A stretch of DNA of 64,000 bases. It comes from Macrostomum lignano (taxonomy: Eukaryota). A program made the translations under genes and the position numbers. The number at the start of each line of letters is the position of its first letter. The first letter of the stretch is position 1. Shown piece by piece: positions 23,074 through 35,829 of the stretch. The stretch lies in assembly GCA_002269645.1 (NCBI GenBank), contig NIVC01000012.1, positions 1,550,001-1,614,000 on the forward strand, given 5' to 3'. The notes under the pieces are model-generated. The model was not told the DNA's origin. It ran no database searches and saw only the letters and a program-made list of their open reading frames with translations.

Positions 23074-23697
23074 TTAGACCTCCCGCGGGTTGAAGCCGAA
23101 CTTCTCCGGCTGCGAGAACCTGGCTAATTGCTGTCGCTTATTGTAGGCGGCCGGGTCGAAGCCCCGCCTTAGCAGTGTGGTGAGATCTTTGCTGACCGCC
23201 TCCTCTGATATCGATGCCGCCTTTGAAGTTGCCGACGACTCGCCGAAGCCGTCAGAACCAGACGTGTTGGAGGGCGTGGCTGCTGGCGAGGCGACAGTCG
23301 GCGCAGTGGCCGATGGCATCTGAAGGTGCCGCTTCTGGGCCTTCAAAATCCGCTGCTCCTGCTGTTCAATGAGTCGAGTTCGCCACGCGTTCGACGCATT
23401 CTCGCGCTCTCGTCGCCACAGAAGTAAACGCAGAAGCAGACTCCTCATCACCTGAGTTGCCCCGTTTGGCTGGCTAAATTTCTCGGCATCTTGGAGTCTA
23501 CCCAGGTAGTTTCTAGAGTCTACCTGGTGCAGACGAATACCCGATAGGGACAAGGAAGACAGGTAGGGTCCCAGGTCCTCTGCGCTGTCGCTAGAAACTG
23601 CTGCCGCCGCTGCCGCTGCTGCAGCCGCATCTGACGAACTGCTGCTACACTCCGAAGAAGCGTAAGAAAATGCGGGCTTCGACTCTGCGGAACCCAT
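23074..23697 (-). CDS. Hypothetical protein, 207 aa, Ser/Ala-rich, with N-myristoylation-like start MGSAES
   Basis: ATG-to-stop non-repetitive GC-rich ORF in an AT-rich context, with poly-Ala/Ser tracts and a probable helical region; no family recognised. Confidence 0.6.
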   Translation of the reverse strand: MGSAESKPAFSYASSECSSSSSDAAAAAAAAAAVSSDSAEDLGPYLSSLSLSGIRLHQVDSRNYLGRLQDAEKFSQPNGATQVMRSLLLRLLLWRRERENASNAWRTRLIEQQEQRILKAQKRHLQMPSATAPTVASPAATPSNTSGSDGFGESSATSKAASISEEAVSKDLTTLLRRGFDPAAYNKRQQLARFSQPEKFGFNPREV

Positions 23698-26600
23698 TTC
23701 TGCTTGTGGTGCTGGACTGCTGGATGGCGTTTTGTCTTGTGTGCGTCAGAATATTCTGCAAATTTCTAGCAATCCACTGGCTAGATACTTTTATCTAGAC
23801 TAGAGAGTTCCGGAGCTGGGAGCTACTAAAGCTAGGCTCTATATATCTGGTCTGGCCTCGAGGGTCTTTTTGCCAGTCCCAGTCCAGTCAATCCCGCCGC
23901 GTCAAGGTCGCCCCTTCTCCGCAGCTGACCTCCCCCCCCCCGAAAGGCCCTCCTCCCTATCTTTCCAAGCAAACCCCTCGGCCTCTTCGCACCCCCGTCG
24001 AGTGCGTACAAAGCACCGCTCCCCCCTATGACCCCCTAGCGGCGCTGTGCGCTGTCGCCCACCCCAACCTCCGCCGCTACACACGCAATAGACATTACCA
24101 GCTAGCTGCTAGCTAGATAAGAGACAGCCAATTTGAAAGATCTTTAGACCTTGGACCATAGGGAAGCATTGGCCATGGACTTCTATATTAAGCAGCATCT
24201 GGAGTGGAAATCGACACCTTGGCAGTCGAATCTTCATCATTTCCATTCAATAAGTCTGGATCTGAAAAGATAAAACAGATAAAAGACATATTGAATAAAC
24301 GTCGGATTCCAAACAGAAAATAAATCATTCTGAGACCTTACCTCAATCAATTTTTGAAACAACGATCCGGCATTCCAAAAAGAGAAAATGTTTTGTAAAA
24401 AATTTGGAACAAAAGTTATTTTCAAAATCTTAAGGTCGCAGTCGGCGTAGCTTCTGATCTTTGCAAAAAAAAAATAAAAGCAAAAATGCGCGAAAGTCCT
24501 ATAGAATCTGTTTCTATGAAAGATTTCTACTCCAGATATCTATCGGTAGTACTCCGTGTCGGAGACCTTAGGCAAGACTGACTCTGAGCAGAGCGGAGAG
24601 CCCTGCGCTCCCGAACGACTCACCCACCCGCCGTCAATTGTGGAATTTAACCGAATAAAATCTGAGAAACTTGTCAACAACGTGCCTCGCTCCAGGATTG
24701 CTAGAAATTACGCAACACACTGCAAGCACCCAATTGTTTTATCTTGAATATCTACGAGCATATTTAGTATTGCGAAACGTCTATTCTATTCTTCTCTTCA
24801 TACGCTTAAATAATTCTATAGCTACAACTCATTTCTATAATAATAATAAGCATTAAGCTCTCCAGGCCACACACGCTTGCAAATCGGGAGCGTAGGATTT
24901 GATGAATGAGAAGTTTGATTATAAACTAGTCTACTTACAGTAGGAGTGAAGGTTACGACAGTACGAAGAATAGAATACAAATTCAAAAGTAAAGACAATT
25001 TTACTTTTCGGCTCTTTCTCTCCATTGCCTACCACTCCCTCTACAATCTACCGCTCCTCTTGTTACACTTTCCTCTCTCCCTCTCTCTCTCTTATCTCCC
25101 TCTCCATCTTATCTACCCCTTTCCCACTCTTATCTACCTCTCTCTCTTGTCTCCCTCTCCATCTCTCCCTTTCCCTCTATTTTCTATTTCTCCTTCTATT
25201 ACATGGATATGCATCTACTTCTAGCTTCCTAACTAGAAAACTTCCCACTTGATGAAGAAGAGTTTTGATATTTTTACAGTAAAGAAAACATTCAGCCATG
25301 AAAACTTAGTTGTATCATTAAATTTTCCTTTTAGAAGTTAGAAAGAATAAATTCAAGCAGCTTTGCAGGTGGATCCAGAACTCTGTTCTATGATGTAGCA
25401 AAAATAGTACGATTAGCCTCATCAGCAGCTCCCAGGAACTGCTTTAAGGAAAACTTTATATATATTAAAGAGAGTGGAAATTTCCTTCTTGATCAAATCC
25501 TCTCCTAGCTAAAAGAGATGAAAGGACTTCCGCGCGAGGTTAATTAATAAGCAGTCTGAAAAGATGGTCAGATTAATGCACTTATATTATTGTGGGGCCG
25601 AATTTTAATACGGGAGAAAGTGTGCGGGAGCACCGCGTCTGTCTAATTAAATTTTCCCTTGAAACTAGAATCCTCACGGGATAGGGTAGGCTATAAAGAT
25701 AATGACTTTGCTCACTCAGAGAGAGTGCCGAGCATTGCCGATTATCGATTGAGTTGGGTTGCAGCTCACGCGAGGCTGTCAATTACAGCTTCTTATCAGT
25801 GGTGACACTCACCGATCTGGGTCGTGTTGGGACTGTTCAGTTAATCTATGAAAAATAGAAACCCGTGCTGCTGGCTGCCCACAGCTGCTTGTACTGTACG
25901 CAATGTGATTTCATTATCTCACTATCTACCTCTGAATTTGCTGGCTACCTCACCCTCTATATTGTCTACCTCTTTCTCCATTGTCTACCTATCCCTCTAT
26001 GGTCTACCTTCCATCAGTGTCTACCTCTCCTATCAGTCAGTGTTTACCTATCCAATCAGCATGTCTACCTCTCCCTTCAGTGTCTACCTCTCCCTCTATT
26101 GTCTAATGTTCCCTCTATTGTCTACCTCTCATCTAATCATCTACTTTTCCCTGGACTGTCCAATCTACGTCCACCTTTTTATATCAATCTGCGATCTACC
26201 CTCACTATCTTATCTACTCTGCTTCGGCTCCTCTTAACTACTTCGGCTTGTCTACTTTTTATCAATCCAATTACTCTTTCTTTGTGGTTTTCGAATCAAT
26301 TAACCTCATTATATAGCTTACCTGTTAATAGTACACCGCGCAGATGTAGGCAATTTCGCGCCTGCAAGCAGAAATTTCTCCCGCTGCTTGTAAAAAATCA
26401 TAAATCTGTCTAGAACCTACAGTAGAGCCTCAAAGGATGTGTATTTCCGTTCGCCCAAGTGTACTTTTCCCTAGTTGGCCTGGGTTAAGCATTGGCTCTG
26501 AACTAGCTAATACATCTTTTGGCTTTCGGGCTATATTGAAAGAAAATACGAGTACGAGGTAGCTCGTAGATGCCAAGCGTGTGCCACAGTTTATGCCAGT

Positions 26601-28114
26601 TTATGCGCAGCTGTTAACCCATGCAATGCAGTTAATGGGCAGGTTTTGTGACAAACGGCATCACTGCTGTGCTAGGAGTTTTAAGCACCGAAACTAATAG
26701 GTTGTACAGCGGACCTTAATTAAACCTAAACTACGAGATTCAGGTTTGATCTTTACCTTCATCCAGGTCATTATTATTTGAAAACAAAAGCGCAGACGAT
26801 AAACTTTTTGTTAATACAAATTGCCTAACCATTTGAACCATTGTCCAAATGGTTCAATTTGGACAATTGTCTTAAGGTAATAGAAAGGTACCTTAAGAAA
26901 AGGTATTCTACTTAAGAGTAGAATCAACCATTGACTCAACCATGCAGTCATCACTTGGCTCACATTTTTGCTATTTGAATTATAAGTGAACTATAGCGAA
27001 TACATATAATTGAATGTGCAGCGTGAAAAAACAATCAGCCCCATTGAAAGCTTGGACTTCTGTCACCGGGGGGGGGGAGGGAGGGGCAAGGCTTTAAGAA
27101 AAGAAATTCATGTCTCTCCCTTGTCTCTCTGTCCTAGCGACCATTTAGGTAGGTTGACCCTGTCGTCACTTAGTCCGTATAGAACTCGTTTGTCACCCCC
27201 TCTCTCTCCTGTCCTCGCCGTCAACTGTCCGACAACGCCGGGGCGGCGGTGTTGGGGGTGGGCTTATAAAAAAGACAGAAAAATGGAAAAAGAGTGAATG
27301 AATTTGGGGGAGGGGGCGGCTGGACTCCGGGCGAGAGAGTCGAGAGCGGCGTCGAGAGGTTGAAGAGAGTGGCAGAGCCGAACTGTCTATAGGATAATGG
27401 ACTTATTGTATGCTAAGATATCCAAACGCTACCATACTGTACCCAGCAGCGAAGACCCGGGCCTGGGAACTGACAACCACCAGCACCCACACTCCCAATT
27501 CCCAATCCTTCCTCTGATTCTCTCCCAATAGTTGGTCCCACTTTTTTCAATCTCTTTTTTGCCGGGTCTGCTGCCATAGCTAGTGGCCTCTGTGTCTTGC
27601 ATGCCTCCCTATCATTTTTTTAGCTTTGGTGTGTGTGTGTGTGTGAGTCCCAATACGTCTGCGTCTGCCCGTCTCTCAACTCTCAGCTAAAGCTCTTTTT
27701 TCCTTGTCTCTAGGTTGGTTGGATTCTTCTTATGCGTTTCTGTCTGGGCCAACGCGCGAGCAGGAGAGAGGAGAGTTGGAAGGCTGTGGAGGGTGGAAGG
27801 GGGTGTCCATGTCCTCCAACCCCTCCTCCCCTCCTGACGAGCGCTACAGCGTTGGCGCAGAATGCGGCTAACACGCACGCTAAGGCAGAACAACGCGCCA
27901 ATTGTATATAAACAGGAACGTATATACGATACGCGCATGCATAGGCGCCTTCTCTCTCTGTCTACTCCTCGGACCCTCTTCTAAATAGAAAATCCTCAAA
28001 TAAAGTAACACCGGAGCCTTACTCAATCAGTTACTAACTGTATTGGGTCTCTTTCTCACCCCGAAGACGGCTAAAGGCTTCTAAGTATATTAGAAGCGTA
28101 GAGCCATTACTTGT

Positions 28115-28774
28115 ATGCAGAGCACCATGCAGAGCTCAGTTTGGTCTAACCCTTCGGCAGCAGGCATGTCGCAACAGACTCAACAACAACAGCAGCAGCA
28201 GCAGGAGCATCATCATCATCATCTGCAACAGCAGCATCATCATAGCGACAGAGTCTGGACCCCGCCACCCCAACAGCAAGCGGCGACTTCATCAGCAGTT
28301 GCAACAGCGTTTCGTCTGGCATCTGGACGCGGATTCGCAGCCTCAGATGACGAGCCAGTCAGACCGTCGGTGAGCTTCCCCCTGCTCAGCGTGCCGGACA
28401 GCGTCTCGGAGGAGCCAACTCCGGCGATACCTCTGGCCCGACGCCAGCAGAATTATCTGCAGCAGCAGCAGCGGCAGCTGCAGCTTCTGCAACAGCGAGA
28501 GGTCGAACGCATCGGCGAGCCCGAATCAGAAGCGGAGGTAACGGCACCGTCGGTTGTCACTGATGAAGCAGCATTGAAGCTGGCGATGAAACGGAAACAA
28601 CTGCGACACCGGGCCCTGATTATGATATACCTGTCCTGCACGCTTCTGTTCGTCTTGGCGGTGGTGTTTCTGGCCGCATTCGGAGTCTTTCACACGGCAG
28701 GTAGAGAATTAGCCGACAAAGCTGCCAGGGCCAATACCACGGTCGGAGCCAGTATTCAGTCGATTCCTGCGTGA
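28115..28774 (+). CDS. Hypothetical single-pass membrane protein, 219 aa, polyQ/polyH N-terminus
   Basis: ATG-to-stop ORF; basic stretch KRKQLRHR followed by hydrophobic ALIMIYLSCTLLFVLAVVFLAAFGVF. Confidence 0.65.
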   Translation: MQSTMQSSVWSNPSAAGMSQQTQQQQQQQQEHHHHHLQQQHHHSDRVWTPPPQQQAATSSAVATAFRLASGRGFAASDDEPVRPSVSFPLLSVPDSVSEEPTPAIPLARRQQNYLQQQQRQLQLLQQREVERIGEPESEAEVTAPSVVTDEAALKLAMKRKQLRHRALIMIYLSCTLLFVLAVVFLAAFGVFHTAGRELADKAARANTTVGASIQSIPA

Positions 28775-28944
28775 GCTGCGGAACAGCCAACAGCGAATTC
28801 GTACTTAGCCAAAGTAGGATTACGCTGCGTTGATGCTGAGGAAACAAGCTTTCAAGGTTTGAGTAGCTAAGAATACTCAGCAACTGAGATCAAGCATAGG
28901 CACTAATGTAATAGCATATCGTTGCTGTAACCCTAATTTCATTC

Positions 28945-30101
28945 TCCAACCTCCCTCAGTCCTTGAGAATCTGCCTCTCTACTCTCTTTCAGTCCTTGAG
29001 AATCTGCCTCTCTACTCACTCTCAATGCTTGAGAATCTGCCTCTCTACTCTCCATCAGTCCTTGAGAATCTGCCTCTCTACTCTCTTTCACTCCTTGAGA
29101 ATCTGCCTCTCTACTCACTCTCAATGCTTGAGAATCTGCCTCTCTACTCTCCATCAGTCCTTGAGAATCTGCCTCTCTACTCTCTTTCACTCCTTGAGAA
29201 TCTGCCTCTCTACTCTCTTTCACTCCTTGAGAATCTGCCTCTCTACTCTCTTTCAGTCCTTGAGAATCTGCCTCTCTACTCTCCCTCAGTCCTTGAGAAT
29301 CTGCCTCTCTACTCTCTTTCACTCCTTGAGAATCTGCCTCTCTACTCTCTTTCACTCCTTGAGAATCTGCCTCTCTACTCTCTTTCAGTCCTTGAGAATC
29401 TGCCTCTCTACTCTCCCTCAGTCCTTAAGAATCTGCCTCTCTACTCTCCATCAGTCCTTGAGAATCTGCCTCTCTACTCTCCATCAGTCCTTGAGAATCT
29501 GCCTCTCTACTCTCTTTCACTCCTTGAGAATCTGCCTCTCTACTCTCTTTCAGTCCTTAAGAATCTGCCTCTCTTCTCTCTTTCACTCCTTGAGAATCTG
29601 CCTCTCTACTCTCCATTAATCCTTGAGAATCTGCCTCTCTATTCTCCCTCAATGCTTGAGAATCTGCCTCTCTACTCTCCATCAGTCCTTGAGAATCTGC
29701 CTCTCTACTCTCTTTCACTCCTTGAGAATCTGCCTCTCTACTCTCTTTCACTCCTTGAGAATCTGAATCTCTACTCTCTTTCACTCCTTGAGAATCTGCC
29801 TCTCTACTCTCCCTCAGTCCTTAAGAATCTGCCTCTCTACTCTCCATCAGTCCTTGAGAATCTGCCTCTCTACTCTCCATCAGTCCTTGAGAATCTGCCT
29901 CTCTACTCTCCTTCACCCCTTGAGAATCTGCCTCTCTACTCTCTTTCAGTCCTTGAGAATCTGCCTCTCTACTCTCTTTCAGTCCTTGAGAATCTGCCTC
30001 TCTACTCTCCATCAGTCCTTGAGAATCTGCCTCTCTACTCTCCTTTACCCCTTGAGAATCTGCCTCTCTACTCTCTTTCACTCCTTGAGAATCTGCCTCT
30101 C
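28945..30101. repeat. 33-bp minisatellite, reverse orientation of the 11157-11895 family, ~35 copies
   Basis: Unit CCTTGAGAATCTGCCTCTCTACTCTCTTTCAGT. Confidence 0.95.
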
Positions 30102-31191
30102 CGTTTCCGTCTACTATACCTTTCTGTTTAAATACGAGGTCTGCACTTTTTGGAGCCTGTGTTCAGATGCTTTTTACTTAGTTGCTACGCAAATCCTTGC
30201 GCCTGATGACGAGCATGCAGTAATCTTATCGAACGGAATCCTCCCCGGCGTTGCTGGGCGAAGGGAAAATCCTCGAGAGTCAATAATTATTAGCTCCGAA
30301 ATCCCGTGACTAATCACATCAAAGTCTGGCTCAGCAAAATATATAAATCGAACTGCCTAAACACTTTCAAGTTTCGCACAAAACTTCGGGTCCAATTCCG
30401 AATCAAAAGGACCCTGCTTCGCTACGGTTTTCAATTATCGACCAGCCAGTTGGGTTTCCTTCTGGGAATTTGCCGGAAGCGAACCCCACGCCCGCTGATA
30501 CGTGCGCACTATCGCCTTCTGCCCCCTGCTCCCCAGATCATTTTCGAATCCCAAAGGATGAGACCCCAGCCCAAATCCCTGTCTCACTTGCCTCCCATCG
30601 CGCTTCTCTCCCCGTTTCCCTAGAGCAGATTTATGAGCACGAAGAAGCCCTTGCCAAAAGGATTGTACGAGTAGGCTTTGCTGATGTCTTCTCGACTTTT
30701 ACCCCAACTTGCTATTTTTCTTCTTCTCTGTTCTTCTGTTCTGCTTGCTGGGCCTTTCTTTTTTCAGTAGCCGGGATACTTCTGATCTTCGCACAATCTT
30801 TGCCTCTCTTCCTGTCTCTCTCTCTCGCTCTCTGCAGAGCTCTACATGTAAAACTCGGCTGGTTTGATTTCTGCATATTGGATTGGCCCCAGCTGCCAAT
30901 ATCACTGGGCGCAGTGCAAGCGGGCACAGCTGCTGCTGCAACCCATTTTTAGTTCCTGATTAATCAATGAGGCCCTATAGGCTTAGAGTCATTCAATTAA
31001 CTCCCCTGGGCCTATAAGGCACTCTCCAGCGAAAATGTAATTCTAGCCTCAAAATAGTCGACTGCTCTGTTTTTTTATTTTAGCAGACTAGATCTATTCT
31101 TGACACTGTTCTTCACTTTTAGATGTCTTTGCCGGCGTATTCTTCCGATGCAACCGTCTGTCTCAGTGCGATCTACGGGCTCTTAGCTATG

Positions 31192-32805
31192 GGTCTCATC
31201 CCAGTGTCTCATCTCAGTGTCTCATCTCAGTGTCTCATCCCAGTGTCTCATATCTCAGTGTTTCATCCCAGTGTCTCATCCCAGTTTCTCATCTCAGTGT
31301 CTCATCTCAGTGTCTCATCTCAGTGTCTCATCTCAGTGTCTCATCTCAGTGTTTCATCTCAGTGTCTCATCTCAGTGTCTCATCTCAGTGTCTCATATCT
31401 CAGTGTTTCATCCCAGTGTCTCATCCCAGTTTCTCATCTCAGTGTCTCATATCTCAGTGTCTCATCTCAGTGTCTCATCTCAGTGTCTCATCTCAGTGTC
31501 TAATGTTAGTGTCTCACCTGAGTGTCTCACCTGAGTGTCTCATCTGGTGTCTCACCTGAGTGTCTCATCTTAGTGTCTCATATCTCAGTGTCTCATATCT
31601 CAGTGTCTCATCTGAGTGTCTCATCTGAGTGTCTCACCTGAGTGTCTCTTTTCAGTGTCTCATCTGGTGTCTCACCTGAGTGTCTCATCTTAGTGTCTCG
31701 TATCTCAGTGTCTCATCTCAGTATCTTATCTGAGTGTCTCACCTGAGTGTCTCATCTCAGTGTCTCATATCTCAGTGTTTAATATCTCAGTGTCTCATCT
31801 CAGTATCTTATCTGAGTGTCTCACCTGAGTGTCTCATCTCAGTGTCTCATATCTCAGTGTTTAATATCTCAGTGTCTCATCTCAGTATCTTATCTGAGTG
31901 TCTCACCTGAGTGTCTCATCTCAGTGTCTCATATCTCAGTGTCTAATATCTCAGTGTCTCATCTCAGTATCTTATCTGAGTGTCTCACCTGAGTGTCTCA
32001 TCTCAGTGTCTCATATCTCAGTGTCTAATATCTCAGTGTCTCATCTCAGTGTCTCATATCTCAGTGTCTCATCTCAGTGTCTCATCTGAGTGTCTCATCT
32101 GAGTGTCTCATCTGAGTGTCTCATCTGAGTGTCTCATCTGAGTGTCTCACCTGAGTGTCCCATCTGAGTGTCTCATCTGGTGTCTCATATCTCAGTGTCT
32201 CATCTCAGTGTCTGATATCTCAGTGTCTGATATCTCAGTGTCTCATCTCAGTGTCTCATCTGAGTGTCTCATCTGAGTGTCTCACCTGAGTGTCTCACCT
32301 GAGTGTCTCATCTCAGTGTCTCATATCTCAGTGTCTCATTTCAGTTTCTTTTATCTCAGTGTCTCATCTGAGTGTCTCATCTGAGTGTCTCATCTCAGTG
32401 TCTCATCTGAGTGTCTCATCTCAGTGTCTCATATCTCAGTGACTCACCTGAGTGTCTCATCTCAGTATCTCATATCTCAGTGACTCACCTGAGTGTCTCA
32501 TCTCAGTGTCTCATATCTCAGTGTCTCACCTGAGTGTCTCATCTCAGTGTCTCATATCTCAGTGTCTCATCTCAGTGTCTCATCTGAGTGTCTCATCTGG
32601 TGTCTCACCTGAGTGTCTCATATCTCAGTGTCTCATATCTCAGTGTCTCTTTTCAGTTTCTTTTATCTCAGTGTCTCATATCTCAGTGTCTGATATCTCA
32701 GTATTTCATCTAAGTGTCTCATATCAGCTTCTCATATCAGTGTCTCATATCAGCTTCTCATATCAGTGTCTCATCTCAGTGTCTCATCTCAGTGTCTCAT
32801 ATCTC
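31192..32805. repeat. 13/15-bp minisatellite (CAGTGTCTCATCT / CAGTGTCTCATATCT), >100 copies
   Basis: Long degenerate tandem array. Confidence 0.95.
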
Positions 32806-33199
32806 CATCCGTCTTCAATTTTGCAAAAATATAAATTTCTTTTTAACACTGCATTACAGCAAGATGTCTAACCTGACTTAGCTAACTAAAGTAATAAATT
32901 AATAATAGCTTAAAAACCACAGCGCTTAATTATAAACATTGCAATAATTAACAAATTTAAGTGCACCGATTTTGCTGGAACAACCACCGCAGCTCACGTA
33001 TGTAACCAATGTTTGTTTGTTACCTGTTGCTTGCAAACTGGCTAGGAAATGCATTTGGTGCAACAAGGATGCCGCTTTGATTAATGCTTATAATACTTTC
33101 TGAGCATCAAATTTTACAACAGGTCGGTTTCTGGTCCTCAGTCTTGACAATTTTTGCCTGAGCTTGCCTGTTGCAAAGCATGCGATCCGATGTTAATAC

Positions 33200-33470
33200 T
33201 GTTGCTCTGAATCAGTATGAAATCACTCTGAAGTCACACCAAAGTCAATTTAACACCACTCTGAAGTCATCCTTAAGTCACTCTAAAGTGAATCTAAAAC
33301 ATCACTCTGACGTCACAGCAAAGTGACTCTGACAACACTTTTAAAGTCGTCCTAACATCGCTCAAAAGTCACTCAAAAGTCATTCTTGAGTCACTCTGAC
33401 ATCATTGCAAATTCACTATCACATCACTCTGTAAGCATTCTGAAATCACTCCGAAGCCTCTCTGACTACT
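33200..33470. repeat. Degenerate short tandem repeat (AAGTCACTCTGA-like)
   Basis: Recurrent TCACTCT/AAGTCA motifs at roughly 11-22 bp spacing. Confidence 0.5.
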
Positions 33471-33858
33471 ACTTGAAAAGCAAGACAAACGGATTCAAAG
33501 ACATCTATTTTCATAGTTGTGTATTTATTAAAAAATTCGCATTCTAAAGACTATGCAACCATGAATAAAACCAAGCAAACTGAGTCATATAAACTAGAAT
33601 TCAAATCTCTATTCGCAGAAGTTTCCGGCAAGGAGCATCATCACGATGACTGAGCAACCCGACGTCAGTCGATTCAAGCCACGAAGAACTCGACCTAGCT
33701 ATCCGCACATATATTCAATGTTCATGATGTCTGCTTCGATGTTAGCTGATATCACCGATCACAGTGTTATTATTATCTACGGTATGCCTGGTATTAATCC
33801 ATTCATGCATTGCTCTTTCAGCCAAGTTGATTGCTAAAGCAACCAAGTTTCTGGCACC

Positions 33859-34028
33859 AGTAGATTCGGTCTTGCCCATAGACATAGATATCGACGCGAA
33901 AGGCAAGCCAATTGATAAATTCGGCCATAGACATCATCACAAATAAGGACGCCAGCAACAATACTTCTCATTGAAATCATGCTTTAACGGCTTTTTTGTC
34001 CATGTCTATGGGCAAGATCAAATCTACT
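33859..34028. repeat. Inverted-repeat element with 27-bp arms (2 mismatches), MITE-like
   Basis: AGTAGATTCGGTCTTGCCCATAGACAT (33859-33885) versus the reverse complement of 34002-34028. Confidence 0.6.
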
Positions 34029-34689
34029 ATTGCCAAATTAGAATTCTCAACTTGGTTGACTTAACTATCAAATTCCGGCTTACAAAAGCAATAAAAATTT
34101 TCAGCTATGCAGCTCGTATTAGACCTAATTTTTCGCCGTTTATTTGCATTTTCTAAAATTTATTCCACTCGTTGCCACGCATGCGATAAATAAAATAAAT
34201 ATGCGAATCAAGCATTCGATATTATGAAAGAAATAGCTGATATACGGTATTAACCTACAGAAACTGCATTTCTCGCCTCTTTCCCAGTCTCATCCTTTTC
34301 CCGATGAGAAACAACTTCTATGGTAATTTATCGGTAGTAGGAGGACTGAGAACCGTTTCTCAGTCCCCAAACGAGGCCTGAGAGATAGTTCTCAGTCCTG
34401 CTACAGTTGTATTTAACAAATTTAAACTAAAAAAACTATAACATCATAAAGTTTAACATAGTAAGAAATAGAAGCATCTTGTAAGCACTCACTCAAAAAC
34501 GATTTTAACAGTGTTGGTGTTACCATTGATGTTAAGCCTCATTTTCTTTGCAAGATTAGCAATCACTACGTTGCTTTGTTCCACAGCTTCAGCAGAACGT
34601 TCAGGCTCAGTTTCAATAGACAGATTTGATGACTAACCACCAGAAGAGCATGCGATAATTTAGCATGGTCTTGTACCGTCAAACTGAAT

Positions 34690-34878
34690 ATAGCGCTCAA
34701 TAGCTGTCGAAGAGTGTCCTGTTAACACGAGCGATGTCCTCTCTAGCGAAGCCAGCATGTGTAGAGTACTTGCGCAAGTCTTGCATAGAGACTGATTGGT
34801 GTACCTTAATTTAGTCACTCCAGTTAGGGGAGCAGTTAAGTCACGAACAATACCGTCCCAGCTGTACCGGCCGACGGG
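34690..34878 (-). pseudogene. Crypton-type tyrosine recombinase relic, catalytic C-terminal part
   Basis: Hand translation PVGRYSWDGIVRDLTAPLTGVTKLRYTNQSLCKTCASTLHMLASLERTSLVLTGHSSTAIERY matches the PVG..., YTNHSLRxT, TGHxS and catalytic Y motifs, with HxxR decayed to QxxC. Confidence 0.65.
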
Positions 34879-35108
34879 TGACTACCAGCAGCAGGATTCG
34901 TTGCAGCGGATTCTTTACTTTCAAAATATCTCAACACTAGATCTAAGAGTCGTTTGTCTTGCATTGTAAAATGTTACTATTATGTATGTACCAGTAGGAG
35001 ACGAAAAATATTGGATGGACTGCTGTTAGGTTCACAACACTATCCACTCAGTCAAATAGCTTGTGCCATAGACTAACTGTACTGGATGTTGGTGCGTCTT
35101 TCGGCTTT

Positions 35109-35467
35109 TTTTTATTAGAGGCAGGGGGGTTGTGTACACCCTGGCGCACTTTAAGCGACATAGGCACACAACCGGCGAGAGGCATTACTGCCCATTCCGC
35201 CGACTCCCCTGAGCAGGCACACAAGCGCGCGGATACGTACGCAGGCACACACACACAGGAGTGCACAGCGGCCCTAACTCTATATTATCGTTAGGCATGT
35301 ACACTTCACTGCGCCTTGGGGGGTTAGCTCTCAAGGCCGTTAATTGCACGAGCAGAGCCAAGCCGAGATTCCAATTCAGCCCCAAATTAATGTGACTGCA
35401 CTTGGAATCGAGCCTGGGTCACTGGCACACCAGAGCCTGCGCTAGACCGCTGGGCTACGGCCCCCTT
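35109..35467 (-). mobile_element. Full-length tRNA-derived SINE with poly(A) tail and 14-bp TSD
   Basis: A box TAGCCCAGCGG (35458-35448) and B-box-like GGCTCGATTCC (35413-35403); 3' end AATAAAAAAAA; TSD CGTCTTTCGGCTTT at 35095-35108 and 35468-35481. Confidence 0.85.
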
Positions 35468-35829
35468 CGTCTTTCGGCTTTCAGTAGGTTAAATGGGAGT
35501 TACATGTATTTCCGTTTATTTATTTCTTTGGTCAGAAGCAAAAGCAGAGGACTTGTTTCTTGGCCGAGGCGAAGCCGAGCTTAGAAAAGCTTAGAAGCTT
35601 AGAAAATAAAGGAAAATAATATATTTATACCCTGTTTGGCCATATTAACATTGTAAATTTTAACCATAGAGAAATGTTGATTTGATGCCGTTCAAAAAAA
35701 CTACTGTGTTGGGTATTTAAGAGTGAGTAGGTTGTCTCTATCTCTACTAAACCTTTTCTGTGAAATTTTCGAGTTAGCTATTTGCTGCATGAGTGATGTT
35801 GATAGCGTCAGCTTTGAATCACTTAGTCT

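Noticed and set aside
25787-25801. TTCTTATCAGT resembling U2 snRNA
   Set aside because: Only 11 nt match; no flanking U2 sequence or Sm site.
30699-30952. Short charged ORFs next to (CT)n
   Set aside because: Three overlapping short frames driven by purine/pyrimidine bias; no motif, and no frame clearly preferred.
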